Source of the DNA: Phoronis australis
Lineage: Eukaryota > Animalia > Phoronida
Length of the DNA: 64,000 nt
Reading direction: 5' to 3'
Assembly (NCBI GenBank): GCA_002633005.1
Contig: NMRA01000022.1
Location: 1,170,518 to 1,234,517 of the forward strand
Part shown: in pieces, positions 1 to 13,353 of the stretch
Numbering within the stretch: the stretch's first letter is position 1
Layout: the number at the start of each line of letters is the position of its first letter
The notes under the pieces: generated by a model
Database searches by the model: none
Seen by the model: only the letters and a program-made list of their open reading frames with translations
Told to the model about the DNA's origin: nothing
Translations under genes and position numbers: made by a program

Positions 1-971
1 TCAAAACATTTTCAAACATAATTGAATTTGATATAATTTTTGCTGTAAGTTTACTTTTGATGTCCCGCAATCTAAAATGACAGCTGTAGTGATTGACAGC
101 TGACAGGCTCATGCATTACATTACATGTGCATGTATGGGTACGCATTTAACTGTGGCCATATGACTGAGGATACCCCTGGAAACTCGTCCGCTTTAAAGA
201 ACTTTAAAAGGTAACGGTAAAATAAGGCAAACACAAACAGGACTGAATGTAATGAAATGTTGATATTTTAACGGTATGTTTCGATCAACAAAAATCATCA
301 TAGGCTCTAAACTGGTGAATGTAAAAGGTCTAGTGCGTAGCCTCAACTGACAGAATAACGCTGAGACACTTGTGCAGAAGCAAATATGCCAACAGTTGAA
401 CTCATCATGCACAATGGGATTTTTGTTGTACCTGATAGTTTCAACTTAACTATCAAAATTCGGCAACATCGTTAGCAATGTCATTATCAGTATACACATA
501 TGTCAAACATATCCTGTGAATCCATTTACACGATTGAATAAAGTTTCGAGAATTATTCACGCATTCAAAGGCATTAATGATTGTAAATTATTTTCACGTT
601 TATCAATTTCGTGGTAATAAGAGTTGCCAATAGACTTAAATACAAGTCGGCATGTCTTTCACCACTCCTGTGTGCTCGTATGTTCCTGTGACCTGAATCA
701 GTTAGCTTGACTGACGCGTCGAAACTGCCTTTGCACAAGTGGTCCACACACGTTTTAGGCGGATGTCCCATACTCATGTCATTTGCACATTCTTAACGTG
801 CCTTGTTTGTCCAAGGGGAAGTACGTCGGTGTAGCCTATTGTTTTTTTAACTCTTCAGACAATTCTACTCGAAACCTTGATTTTAGTAAAGAGTTTTGAA
901 TGAATAGCATACGGTTAAATTCGAATACCTAATCAGGTTTGCCTTTACACCAGTCGAGAGCAAGCTCTCAC

Positions 972-1340
972 CTGTATGATTGGGGACGAAAAGCCGAGAT
1001 GGGACACGTCACTCGTGACGTCATCGTCGACCTCGGGTGTTTCGGGAAGACTGATGTTGTTATTCGTCGTATACTTGGTTGGTAGAACCGCACTACCCTT
1101 GGGCAAGCGGCCAGCGACTTGATCTGAAAGACAAAGGCAAGGTTCAATTGTGTTCGCCATTGCTTGTGAATAATGATCCATAGAAGAGGTTGTGCACTGT
1201 CGTTCTGAAGTCAGGTTGTGACGTGGGCTAACGCAATTCTCCACCGGCAATGAAGATCTACGCAACAACGTTGCCAGCTGAAAGGATCGAGCTTCAGGTG
1301 GCTCATTCACTGACGTATAGGTACATTCGTGACCGAAGAG
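972..1340 (-). CDS. RAPGEF4: Probable next exon of the same gene: S/T/P-rich linker between CNB-A and DEP domain (LFGHEC...FSSPIIQ)
   Basis: Stop-free 369 bp (123 codons, phase 0-0) inside ORF 945..1400. T-rich tract then CAG acceptor at 1341, strong donor CAG|GTGAGA at 971. GC is higher than the flanks. No domain homology recognised. Confidence 0.6.
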
Positions 1341-2440
1341 CTGATCAGCAGTGACACACAAAAATGCAAACAAAACCCTCCGTGCTACAATATTTTGCAA
1401 TTATATCATTATTCATCCCATTGAACATACCTTTTGAGACAAGATGAAACAAAATAGATTGTGGCACTATTCCCAATAATAAAAAGGAGATAAGAACTGA
1501 CGAGAGCATTATAAAAAGTCTGTTGCAGGTCATCAGTCTAAGGCTACATGCATAATGATAATACATTTTAAATAAAGACACTATGTGAATAAAGTTATTG
1601 AAATACTTTTAATATCGATTGTGAAACAGTAACGCGTATGAGATATGATTATTACCAATTGCACAAAAACTGTTAATATAACTGGGATTGTTAGGCCCTG
1701 AATGAACGTGAAACAAGTGGTATTTACAATTGATACATTCATTAAATACCACAATTCCACGGTTAATGCTAGGACTCATTAAACTTCAAACTGCGATCGA
1801 TGGCTGGTTAGTACTCAACCACGTTAAAAACATGGCGGTCGAAGCAAGAGGTGAAAAGCAAACAGGTATATTTGCACAAAGGGATGTCGACTTTATTGAT
1901 AACAAATTGAGCACAATAAAAACCAGTCAAGCACCATTAGCCTAACAAAGATTTACATTAACGCCGATACGGAGTAGTTATATACTGCGTGTTTAATAAC
2001 CATTATATGTTTATGTTTTGGAGATATTTTTCTATGACTAGGGTAGGTTCCGGCAAGCCTACGCGCAATGGAATTACACTTTGTGCCCCGAGATTCCACA
2101 CTTGTGGGGAATGTTGGTCATTGTGTCTAAATTCTATTTGATAAAAAATGCCAAATGAGATGTAAAAGGTCTCACGTGAGTCTCCCGGTATCCGCACTTT
2201 CAAGGCACAACGCAAGTGTTGGCATCAAAATCAATCCATGTGGGAGTGAGATCGGACATCCCATGACTTACAAACGATCCTTTTCTGGAATATTATGTTT
2301 TATCTTGATTTGGCAAAGTCATGATTCTGCTGACGCAAGAAACTCAAAATCTGACAAGACCACTCGACGAAAAAAATCATGCAATGAAAAAGGAAATGGT
2401 CGAGAATACGTTTGCTTGTCAGGAATTGTACGACGGCCTC

Positions 2441-2705
2441 ATAATCCAACTGCTGCCTGTTGGTTTGGTAATTGGATCAATTATGTTGCACATCCAGCAA
2501 AAATCATGGGGAACATATTATTGCAGCTTGAAACAAACATTTTTAGCTTTTAAAAGTCACACTTCATTTCTTGTCCAATTTTCAAAATTCAAAAACCTAA
2601 TCACGTGTACGTGCTATTCGCGAACTATTCAATTATGCTATTTACAAATTTTCGAAACAAAATTTAACAATACTATTGTCGCCCCCAATGTGTTCACAAT
2701 GCGTC
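2441..2705. repeat. Dispersed repeat copy 1 (unclassified; second copy at about 12950-13185)
   Basis: Shared colinear blocks aatccaactgctgcctg, aaagtcaca, ttgtccaattt, aactattcaa, tttacaaa, ttcacaatgc. Confidence 0.7.
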
Positions 2706-2967
2706 TCATGAACTACAGAACCATAACATCAGCAGTCTGAGGCGACTCAATTAACCACAAGAACATGGTATCTTTGATATAAATCGGTAGATTTTGAGGT
2801 ACGCAAACGCTCTTGTTGCCCTAGCTCGACCGGTTAAGATATCAACGAAGGATTCTTTTCATGTGGGTCGGCGACCACACTAGTATGGACTGTTGGAGTA
2901 CATGATATAATGGAACTTTTTCCGTTCCACACCGATAAGGCGAAGATGTTTCGCTATAAGTGCCTGA

Positions 2968-3405
2968 CAGTCTTGCCTTTAATGCACTTCAGTCTTGCCT
3001 TAAATGCACCCCAGTCTTGCCTTAAAATGCACCCCGGCCTTGTCATTAATGCACCTCAGTCTTGCCTTCAACGTAACCCAGTCTTGCATTCAATGCGCCC
3101 CAGTCTTGCATTTAATGCATCCCAGTCTTGACTTTAATGCACCCAGTCTTGCCTTAAAATGCACCCCAGNTATTGCACCCAGTCTTACTTTTAATGCACC
3201 CCAGTCTTACTTTTAATGCATCCCAGTCTTGTCTTTATGCACCCCACGTTTGCCATTAAGGCATCCCTGCCTTGTCTTAAATGCACCCCTGCCTTGTCTT
3301 TAATGCACCCCAGTGTTGCAGTTAATGCACTGCAGTCTTGCCTTTAATGCACCCCAGTCTTGCCTTAAAATGCACCCCAGTCTTGCCTTTATGCACCACA
3401 GTCTT
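2968..3405. repeat. Minisatellite, about 23-bp unit (cagtcttgcctttaatgcacccc), roughly 19 copies
   Basis: Directly visible tandem units. Explains repetitive ORFs 2910..3131 and 3004..3216. Confidence 0.95.
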
Positions 3406-6400
3406 TGTAGAAGTCATCCACCGTTGAAACAGGAGTGTAGTCATTTCATCGTATGTGATTGGTCATAGTCTTTGATTCAATTACATGTTCTTTAATGGTA
3501 GGTTTCCTTTAAGACTAGAAAACGCGGATTCAACGTGTTAATTAACAGCCGGACTATGTCCCCCCTCAATGCGCAGTGTTTTCACAAAAAAACTATCGAG
3601 AAGAAAGCTGGTCGGAAGTACTTTCAATAGCACCGCTCGTAGTGAGTCATTGCATAAACGTGTAATTTATCATGCGGTCGATTAGAGAGCACCGCTAATG
3701 GGGTCTTAACCTACTCGCAAAATAAAGTCCGTTGTACCGCAAGGTGAAAACGTACGAAGGTAATGAGATCGTGGACAAACACTTTAAAGAATCGTTCAAA
3801 ATGTTTCAAACAAAACTTCGTTTTTCATATCTAATATGCGTTTGACCTACGACAAGCACACAAGTCATTGACAGAAGTTGATATTTTGACAGATAAAGCA
3901 ATCAAATCTTCAAGCAGGCTTCCCCACCGTGTTTATTGATTATTTTGCGTGAATTATCGCTGCTCAAACCAGTAAACGATTAGTGATAAAATGCCATATG
4001 CACTTGAGTAAGATGTGCTACAAACGGTAGAAACCCGTTACCGATTCTTCAGAGCTAGTTATCGCCTATGCAGCAAGGAAACGTGGAGCTTTGTAGATCG
4101 TAATGCCACTTCTATGCATGTAAAAACCTATTGCAGATTTCAGAATTCCGATAACAGGAAAAAATTTGCTAGACTGCTTTATCGACTTCGTGAAAGCATT
4201 TGTCTTGTTGTATTCAGTTCATGGAGGGAGAAACCATACATTGTCATGCGCATTAATTCTTTAACTGTGGTGCCTTATCAATATACCGCAGCACTCACCC
4301 AAAGGCCTACTTCGTAGGAGTTTGAGTTTGGGGGTGTCTTGCGTCTTTTGCTCAACTACCTGAAACTTTTTTGAAGTGTCTGCATTGTAGACACCCCAAA
4401 CGGTCAAAATGAAGCTTGAAAGCGAATGGCCTCTGGTTAATCCATCTGCTCGGTTGGTGTGCCTAACTGCTAACACTTCCGGGAAAGTTTAATGTATCTA
4501 TGATCGAGAAGAAGCTATCAGATAGTGCCGAGACTGCCATTAATTCGTGCTTGTGCTCAGTTGTTGAAACGCAGGTGCGAGTTTGCGGCAAAGATGTCCC
4601 GATCACGGATGTCGTAACCACAGGACCCATTAGGCATTCGCCCATGGGCCGCACGACCGATCGACGACCCATTACACTCTATTTGCGGGAACACATGAGT
4701 AAGAGTCTAAGATACAAACTTACACGCCCAGGGCCGCATTTGCCACTGAGCAGTCTGGGGCGCACCCGCAAAAATAAGGTCTGGACCCCGCCTTGCAGTC
4801 ATAAGATCGCGTGGAACTTAATCGCACTGATTACAAAATGTGTTACATTATTTCTATTTTTTACGGTCTGGTCTATAAAAATGTCTTCAAGAGCTCATCT
4901 CTCCATATTAAAAAGTTAGTGCTCCAATTTGTAAAAGGCAGTGGCAATTTTGTGTTGCTTAAGGTCAACCTAAGATTTCCATCGGCAAACCCATCTTCAG
5001 TAATATGCTCAAGTGTGCGAACATATTTTTAACAATGGCTCTTCCAACAATCGCTTTTGTTTCACTCGCAAGCCACTGTTATTTAAATGTACGGCTAGCT
5101 TTGCTTGCAGTTTTCGCAAACGGCGGATGTCAAGAAATTTGGCCAAATGTGGAATGTTCGACCTTCGCAATAGTTTAAAAACATGCCTCGATTATAAAAG
5201 AATTATCTTATGTTCTGTTCACGTTTCCTATACAACAATTAGCATCCCAAAATTAAAGAAATTTGTCGATAAAAAACACTTTCAAATTGGATACCTAGAC
5301 TTCTGCTTCCACTTCCACCTTATTAAGATCTCGAGGCTAAGTCTCGTTTCTAAATCAGCCAATGACATTTAAGTGGAAAATACTGAGCTAGGTCGTTAGC
5401 TTAACTGCCACAGATCATGACTTTAAGTTACGGAAGTGTATTCAGCGACAAGATGGCGTCGAGAGCAAAGCATTTGTGTGGAAAATGTTGAGATTTTTAC
5501 ATATACACTGCCGACTTCTGTCATTGAATAACTGTTGATGTTTTGGTTAGGAACGAGTATTGTACAGTATGCTGCTTCATTCAAGGCTTGCAACTACACA
5601 AGCACGACTTCAATTTGCCAATAATTGGGCAAAATTGTGTTCCAAGGTTTAGCTACCTTCCGGAGCGTGCTTGCAAAGACTTGGAGGGGTTACAAGTCTA
5701 GCTTAACTGGTTGAATGTTTTGAAAACGCTACAGTGAGCTTCGTTGGTAATCAAACTAGTGGGGACACGCAAGTTGTCACTCACCAGTGCTAATAGCATT
5801 CGGTGTGATGGCAGGCTACTAAGTGACGTCCGTAATAGGCTAAATCATGACTCTGTTTACAAGTTCTCATGACATCCACTGGGGGCGCCAACATGCGTGT
5901 GACGTCAGATGGACAAAAGGGTACTGGCCAACATTCACCATTCTGCTTTCTCAATGCCTTAGTATTTAGAGTCTCTTGCAATGTTCGGGACCTTTTTTAC
6001 CAGTGAACAAACGCTTTGAGGATTTCTATGAACAAAAAACAAGGCTCTAAAATGTTCCAGAGTATGGTTCTATTTTCTGCTTACAATATACCGCGTGGAA
6101 CATTCTCTAGGACAATGTTCTCACATTCTATTGTGAACAAATTACACCATCATCAACATGACCCCATGGGTTACGTCAATCAAGTCATAACAACAAAACG
6201 GAACCTTTGGAACAAAAACTACTGTCAGCCTATCCTGACACTTAAATCTACGTATTTGGAATGATGTATTTGCTTTGAAGTCGTTTTGGGATATACAAAC
6301 TACGACTTCAAAAACTGTTCGATATTTTAAGGAAGATTAGAGGAAGGGTGTTTGATTTAAACTAAAATTCAAGTCTTTAAAAAACATTTGAAAGGTGAAT

Positions 6401-9400
6401 TTTATGATGTTGTTTACCAAAACTACGGCAGTCTTTCTTCTGTCAGCTCAGAATTGGTACTTTACCATTGGAGACAGAAGCTGACAAGTATGCAATTATT
6501 AATCCTGAAATGGTTTATGTCGATTAGGTAATTTCAGGGATGTAAAGGATCGCGAGACAGCTCGTAAGCAAACATTTGGGGTTTGTTACCCCAACGCCTA
6601 TGCGAGCTTATCTAAACTGCAGACTATAGCTAACACGTCGATTCATAAATTACTGCTCGTGGTTTAGCTGCGCTACTAAAGAACACCTATTCGCTAATTT
6701 CTCTTATAAGGCAACGATTCAAAAGTGGCTACTATTTACCTTTCAATTTAAAAAACAGACATCAAGGTCATTTGCCTTACTTATTGTTCGTTTTTTGACT
6801 TTGAAACACGGAAGCGAAACAGGGGTGTTGGTTTATGACCGCAATTATCTCAATCAGTGGGCCCAGCCGAGAAAATAAACAGCGACTAGCTAACTTCAAT
6901 CCGTGACGACACCATCGATGTGCCGAAGAATTCGTTGGATGGGGTAACCAGTGCACGCCTTCTCGTCAACTTGCGCGTAAATCCTGCTAGGGCAAGGTTT
7001 GCCTCATGTAAACTTCACTTTGTGTGTAGCTTTAATGTAAATTGTTATTTTTGAAGATCACTTTAAATTAAGGCTAACAATTTGTCTTGTGTGACATTTT
7101 TTTCGATCTAGCCAAACTAAAGTATTTGGTGGTCATTATGTTCAGAACGTTTTCTCTTTTTACCCAGACTAAATATTTTGAAACGCGGACGATGTTTGTT
7201 TGTTTAAATTAGGACAGTGACTTATAAAGACGATGGACTGCCGGGGTGTAATTTTTCAAATATTGTATGGATTGTCGAAGCCTCTTTAACACATGTCACT
7301 ATAATGGATTTATTTATGAATCTGTTCATTGTTCTGTCATTGTAGTTCTAGTATCTCCCACGCCCGTGAATCTAGTGTCGCAAGCCCTAAACCGGCATAC
7401 CCAGTCGTCGGCGTCTTTAAGCTGGATCCGCCAACACGACTCCTGAGAGATATAACCACTACATGTATTCAACCGAATTCTCATTGTCACAAAAAGATCT
7501 CGATCGTGGTTCGGAAGTAAACTGGTTTTCCTCAGTCAGCTTGGACTACAATAAACTCGCTCAAATATTTGGTCACGCTTGCTTATCGGAGCAGCCAAAT
7601 GCACACAAGCGCGCGCGTATGTACATGTATTTATTTTTAGGGCTGCAAGTATACATCAGCCAGATAGTGCTTGAATAGGACTTAATGTCATCTTATAAGA
7701 GAGGGAAATAGATTAGCATAGGGCGATTAATTCCGGTCATTGTCTTAAATAGAAAATACGAGTTTAGGGTAAGAATTTCATATATGTCGCCAAAGCCATC
7801 AAGTGCCTAACCAACAAATGCACTACGAAACAAAATTCACAGTCCTTAAAAATTAATGCACTTTCACTCGGCCGTTGCTAAGCTAAAACTCATTAAATAG
7901 CACGAGCACTATTATTAAACGGTGACCTCTATAATCACGCAAGACCGCTTGCCTGGGAACATTTGTAAATACAATGGGGTTTGAACATGTAAAAAACTCT
8001 TAGCCTGAACCTACTGACCTGAGGGTTTGTCACTATAGGGGTACCATACCTGTTGTGTACGTATGACTCAATCTGTATACACTCTTCTTTCTAGAAAATA
8101 ACCCACTCATCCCTTCTTCATGATTTGATTTTCAAACCCTTGTTCAATTCATCACCATCGATTGTGAGACTGACAGTACTGTAAACACTGCACACTGTAT
8201 GTATGTCGAGGCTCATGTACATGCGTATGCATTGTCTTGCTCTCTCCAGGGGGCGTTTGCATCTCGCGCTGAACGGCCGATTCGCAAACCGCTTCACCGA
8301 GAGGTTTTGAATGAAAAGAAATGTTGCATCAAACACTAAATTTATCGCGAGAATTGAAGCCCGTGAGCTTTAAATTCCTTTATCGAAACTGCATACATGC
8401 TGTAGATAGGGCGATTGTTACAAATCGTCCTACTCAGGTGAGACCGAAGAGTCACAGGTTGTAAATTTATGGTTTTACAACTGTGTTATAAAAAGCATGT
8501 TAAAGATATCGCGCACGGGTGCTAGTCAACGAAGAGTACAGTCATACAAGTCAATAGAATGTTATTAAATTCGGTTGATTAGCAATGCAGATTGTACTCC
8601 TAATATGCTGAGAAATAATAGATTAAACTTTTGAACGGTTCACGAACCTCAATCTTTGAAACAGAAATCCCGGGGATCGTACAGGACTGACACACGGTGA
8701 ACGAAACAAGACTCCAGCACTTTCTGTCAACTTACTTTTTATCTCAAGAAAACAATACCTTAATAGCTTTAAAGTCTGTTTTCAACGGTAACACTTGCAA
8801 ATTTGGTTCTTACATTATGTTATGATAAATCGCGCTGAGCCAAATAGTGCCATAAATTGCCAAATGTAATGGACTGTTAGACGTATTTCCTTGCTGCTGT
8901 CTACGTCACCGCAGAAATCACCTTTTAATTCAAACAGCTGCTAATAACACCTTCACGCAATGGTGTTTAGTTCAGACAACTGTGGTTATCGGCCTTTTGT
9001 TGTTTGTGCGGAGATCTTGCGGTGACGAAATATGGCATGAAAAGGTAGCTTCACCTATCATTCGATGGGCTTCTATTTGCGTGATTGAACTCGCGTTTTC
9101 GTATTTAAGGCTTTGCTAGGACTACCTGATTAGCACAATACATCTAAAATATAATTCCGCTGAAATAAGGCTTTGTGGGCTACGACATGTATCAATTTCA
9201 CTTTACAAATAGTTCTTGGGGTATCAGTGTTGTTTTTATATGAGAATTTTAAACAACTTATGACAAAGTGGCGCTCTACACTTATTCTGCTGCTAAACTT
9301 TTTGGTGCGATCTTTTGAGTCGGATTTCGGCGCCATGAAATAGTGTGTCACCCATTGGCCAGTTTCTTCTTTCCGCAATCCTTCAATCAACTGTTTTTCT

Positions 9401-10086
9401 TCCACGAGCTTGCGTACATGTCACAATAAATTATGGGAACTGAGTTCACTTCGTTACAGTTTTTAGTATTTTGATACCAGTAATCCGAATTTCAGAACAA
9501 TTACATTTTACAGCAGTTATTCGCCGAAAGAGTGTGAATGCGTTGTGTTAAGAAATTTCGTATTGAAGAACACGTTTTTGTTAGCAAGAATGGTGAAATT
9601 GGTGACGGCCTTTTGAGTGAATAATTCTCGCGGTCCATTTCAAAATCCAGAAATTGATTGTGCCTGAAATAATGTACTCTCGACAATTACATGTAAATCG
9701 TCGATTATACAATAACATGAGGTCAGTTGTGGAGATACTTTAAGGAATGAGTCAACAGTGGCACATGAAAGTCGACAAAATAGTTTTGTTTTTCATTGTT
9801 TGAGAATATTTCTGGAGAAACTATTGAATAATCTGAAAATAATTAAACAATCACCGAGGTAACAACGTGTTTATATTACAGGTTATATTGAAATTCGCCC
9901 ACAGACAAGTTGCCCGAGTTTTACTGACAAAAATCACATAACTAAGTTAATATCATAAACATGCAAATTACGTTTTATTAACGAAAACTTCAAACAAATG
10001 CAGAAAACAACTAGAAGGTACTTGAAGATGCTTTAACTCAAAGTTTGAATCTAACTGAAATCGTCACAAAAATCTGAAAAAATGTC

Positions 10087-10241
10087 CAGGTTTCCTGTCC
10101 GATCCCCAGAGTTGCTATTTTCAGTAAAATTCGGGTTTCGCGTTTTTCGGCCTGGTTAGCTGTTTTTGAAGTTGGGGGGTCTGTTTTCGACTCCGAGAAA
10201 TCTGTTTTACACCGCCATTTCAATTTCGATAGAACAACCTG
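10087..10241. mobile_element. Possible short hAT-type MITE (CAGGTT...AACCTG)
   Basis: Imperfect terminal inverted repeats caggtttcctgtc / gatagaacaacctg. No TSD seen. Confidence 0.3.
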
Positions 10242-10800
10242 ATTAGAGTTACGATTAAAAAATACATTTTGTGCTGAATTTATAAAATCGACGAACAGGC
10301 ATTTCGATTGAGTGCACGGATACTGTTTTTAAAGTAGTCGTGAGCATAGCACTTTGTTAATGGACAAGACATTGCAAATACGATGTACGCAAAATGGGGA
10401 AACAGTTGAATAAGTAAGAACTAAGTTGCTGCTGGTGAGTACACAAGTAAAGTTGATAAGGAAAGAAGTGCGCTTGTGTACAAAAAACACTGTCAATGAG
10501 AACGCAAGTGCGATTAGTGTTATTTCTTCATAAAGTAAAATCCTCCCACACAATTCAAGGTTTGCGACAGGAATACAGCATCACCCATCGGCATTACTTT
10601 TCTCTGCTGATTGAAACATCCGCCAATAAAACTTTTGTAAATGTTGATATTAGAGAGCATTGACCTCTTCTGCAAGCGTTTTTATGGAAGTGATATCGCA
10701 TGAATTCCATTATACCACATTATCAGCCTGACACGGCCAATACAACCGTTAAATAACCCATTTAGTCATTCAACGCACGTTGAATACTATTTTGGGGGAA

Positions 10801-10868
10801 CCCGAGGCCGGTTTCGAACCCACTTCGCAAGAGTTTCTATTCATCGACTTACCGCTGCGCCACTTAGC
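10801..10868 (-). mobile_element. tRNA-derived SINE head (degenerate)
   Basis: Minus strand has A-box TGGCGCAGCGG and B-box GGTTCGAAAC at tRNA-like spacing. No cloverleaf anticodon arm. Confidence 0.55.
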
Positions 10869-11467
10869 ATCGAACGTGAAAATTGAATACTGAATTGAGA
10901 ACACGCAATTATGGCGTGTTCATCAAACGGCATTGTACCGACAATTATACGGTATGAAAAAAAGACGCACAATTTCAATAAAAGTGACACCTTTAATTAG
11001 TTTAACATTATCTGTTATTTTCTCTCACTTGTAAATCATCGCCATAGAGCTTCAATGCGGGTAACGTGTCGTCGGGATCCTTTGACAATGAACTCAGTAA
11101 CAAGTGGTAGCCTACTTTAGCAGACGATGTGATCACGGTAGAAGGTTAGCATGATAAGATGTGTAGTAAGCTAGACTAGTTGCTTAAAAAGTATTTTATA
11201 GCTTCACTTTATGTCTACCTTGTTTGAATTTCCCAACGGATTTGAGTAAAAACATCATTTTAACAACAATTACTCGGCGTCTCTTAAAAGATCACGACCT
11301 CCGACTCAGTGCCTCTAACATACATGTAGAAAGTAATTACAAAGCCGAGGCGAGTCGAGAAAGGTAGACCTATTCATTTAAATATTTATCGTCCTGTGTG
11401 CGGTATCATTAGATTATTCCATGGTCTCAGTTGTTACCCCCTTATCTAAAGCCCTCGTGGATTTTGG

Positions 11468-11514
11468 AGAATTATCGCCCGAGGAGCTGCCACCGCCCCT
11501 CGGGCGATAATTCT
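11468..11514. repeat. Perfect 17-bp inverted repeat with 13-nt loop, probably the subterminal hairpin of a non-autonomous element
   Basis: agaattatcgcccgagg (11468-11484) / cctcgggcgataattct (11498-11514). Confidence 0.85.
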
Positions 11515-12949
11515 TCACTAAAATAATTTCGACCACGCTCTGACTTTTATAATTAGTGTGAAAAATCATTTATGTTCGGCATATGTCATTCCGTGATCAC
11601 AGCTCGTGCGTATGCGAACCTCCGCTTTTAGTATTAAATGGAGACTGGTTTGGGTCGATAGCGTAACAAATAATGAGTGCATGCAGATATAGATGCACAT
11701 AGAAAAAAACACCCCGTGGGGTTTTAGGACTGTCACTACATGTATGTGGTAGTACATGCCAGGTTGATGAATCTCAAGAATCACAACACAGAGATCAGTT
11801 CACATAAATGAACTCCGAGTTAAGCGGCCTAGTCTTCCTGCAAAGTTAAGTCTGATCAAAGCCCCACCTGGTGATTGAAGTTAATGTTGGTACTCAATAG
11901 TTTTTTGAGTCACGGTTGAATATGCCTGCCCCAGTTTCATTGAAAATGGCGCCTGCTTGGTTGTCTGGGCATGTTAAGTTTTGTGCTGCGTGTGAAGACT
12001 ACGAATGACATTTGCTTTATTTTTGAATCACTTCTCAGCAAAAGATTGCCAGTTTTCGACTTCTTGACCCACTTTTGGTCAGTTGCGACCCTTCTTAACA
12101 TTTACCGCTTGGAAGTGGGAAGTTGAAATGTCATAAGAAATTTAGATACCCTTCAGACACTTTGGAATTTCAAAAATATCTGGCTTGTCGACACCCGTTT
12201 TTTACCCGATTCATGCAATCTGGAAAAGTTAAGCAGTCTGAATGCAATGTCTCTGATTTCTTAGTAATGGCCATGCAGATCGTATCCTTGGTATGAAAAC
12301 TCATGATTTGATGTAGTTTTATTAATTTTTAACTAGCTGGCTGCACTTTCAGTAGTCGTAAAGGATGGAATAATTGACGTTGGAACCAATGTCAATAGAC
12401 TTTGTGCAACGTTTTTGAAGTCTTTGGCTTAGCATGCTGTACATTTTCAGGTGTAGTACACTCTTGGGAACACGTTGTTGGGGCTGGTAAGGCCTAACTA
12501 TCAAGCCCAAAATCAGCAAAAACTGTTGAATGCTACCGAAAGCTGGTCAAATGAGACCCTTCCCCATTTGGCGAATTGGGCAAAAATGTCCGCCATGGAG
12601 AATAAAAAAGTCCGAGAAAACGAGACAAAAGTCCACTAAAAGGGTGCAAACGCACAATTACCAGATCTGAAAGTGGTACCTCGTTTTTTAGTCCTCCCGC
12701 TTTCTTTGTTAGTAAAAGGTCCACATCGTCAGAAATTCCAGCACCCCGATTTTAAAGGCTGGGTGTGCGCACGTATAACTTATTTATCTCAAAGGATCCA
12801 CGGAGCTCCGGATACTGTGCTTACCGCTCAATCACTCGTTAATATTAGGCGGAGAAACTAAGAAAGGGTTACAAACAAAACTATGAAAAAGTATGTTGTT
12901 AAATTACCATTCATGCCAAGAACTGTTCGATGACACTCAACTAACTTCA

Positions 12950-13185
12950 AAATCCAACTGCTGCCTGGTGGATTGGTAGTAGGCACACCAAGCAAAATTA
13001 ATAAAGGGTACATATTTTTGCTGCATTAAACAAATTTGTTAGGTTGTGAAAGTCACATTTTTGTCCAATTTTAAAAACTCAAATTAACCTAACCACGTGA
13101 ACTTTCCACAAACTATTCAAATATATTGTTTACAAACTTTCAAAACTAAAAATTAAAAATACTTTTGTCCAAATTCACAATGCTC
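12950..13185. repeat. Dispersed repeat copy 2 (see 2441-2705)
   Basis: Colinear similarity to 2441-2705. Confidence 0.7.
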
Positions 13186-13339
13186 CAACAGGGGCTTAAG
13201 TAGATACAATGTACAGCCGTGCACGTAAAGAAAAACGAAAGTGTCAATAAGTGGCGCCTTGAGGAAATGAGAAACCCTCATCTCGACTCATCCAACAAGG
13301 AACTCCGAAGATACACAAGCAAACGTAAATAATGTATTC

Positions 13340-13353
13340 CCACTAGGGGGCAA
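13340..13353 (+). promoter_or_regulatory. CTCF core-motif match
   Basis: CCACTAGGGGGCAA matches the CCASYAGRKGGCR consensus. Motif match only. Confidence 0.35.

Noticed and set aside
2968-3405. Repeat-protein-like ORFs or CRISPR-like array
   Set aside because: Simple 23-bp tandem minisatellite with frame-breaking unit length.
8118-8336. ORF containing KRPLER, identical to the Epac2 N-terminal DKRPLERSSED
   Set aside because: It lies downstream of the CNB-A exons (wrong order) and the flanking residues do not match. Chance hexapeptide.
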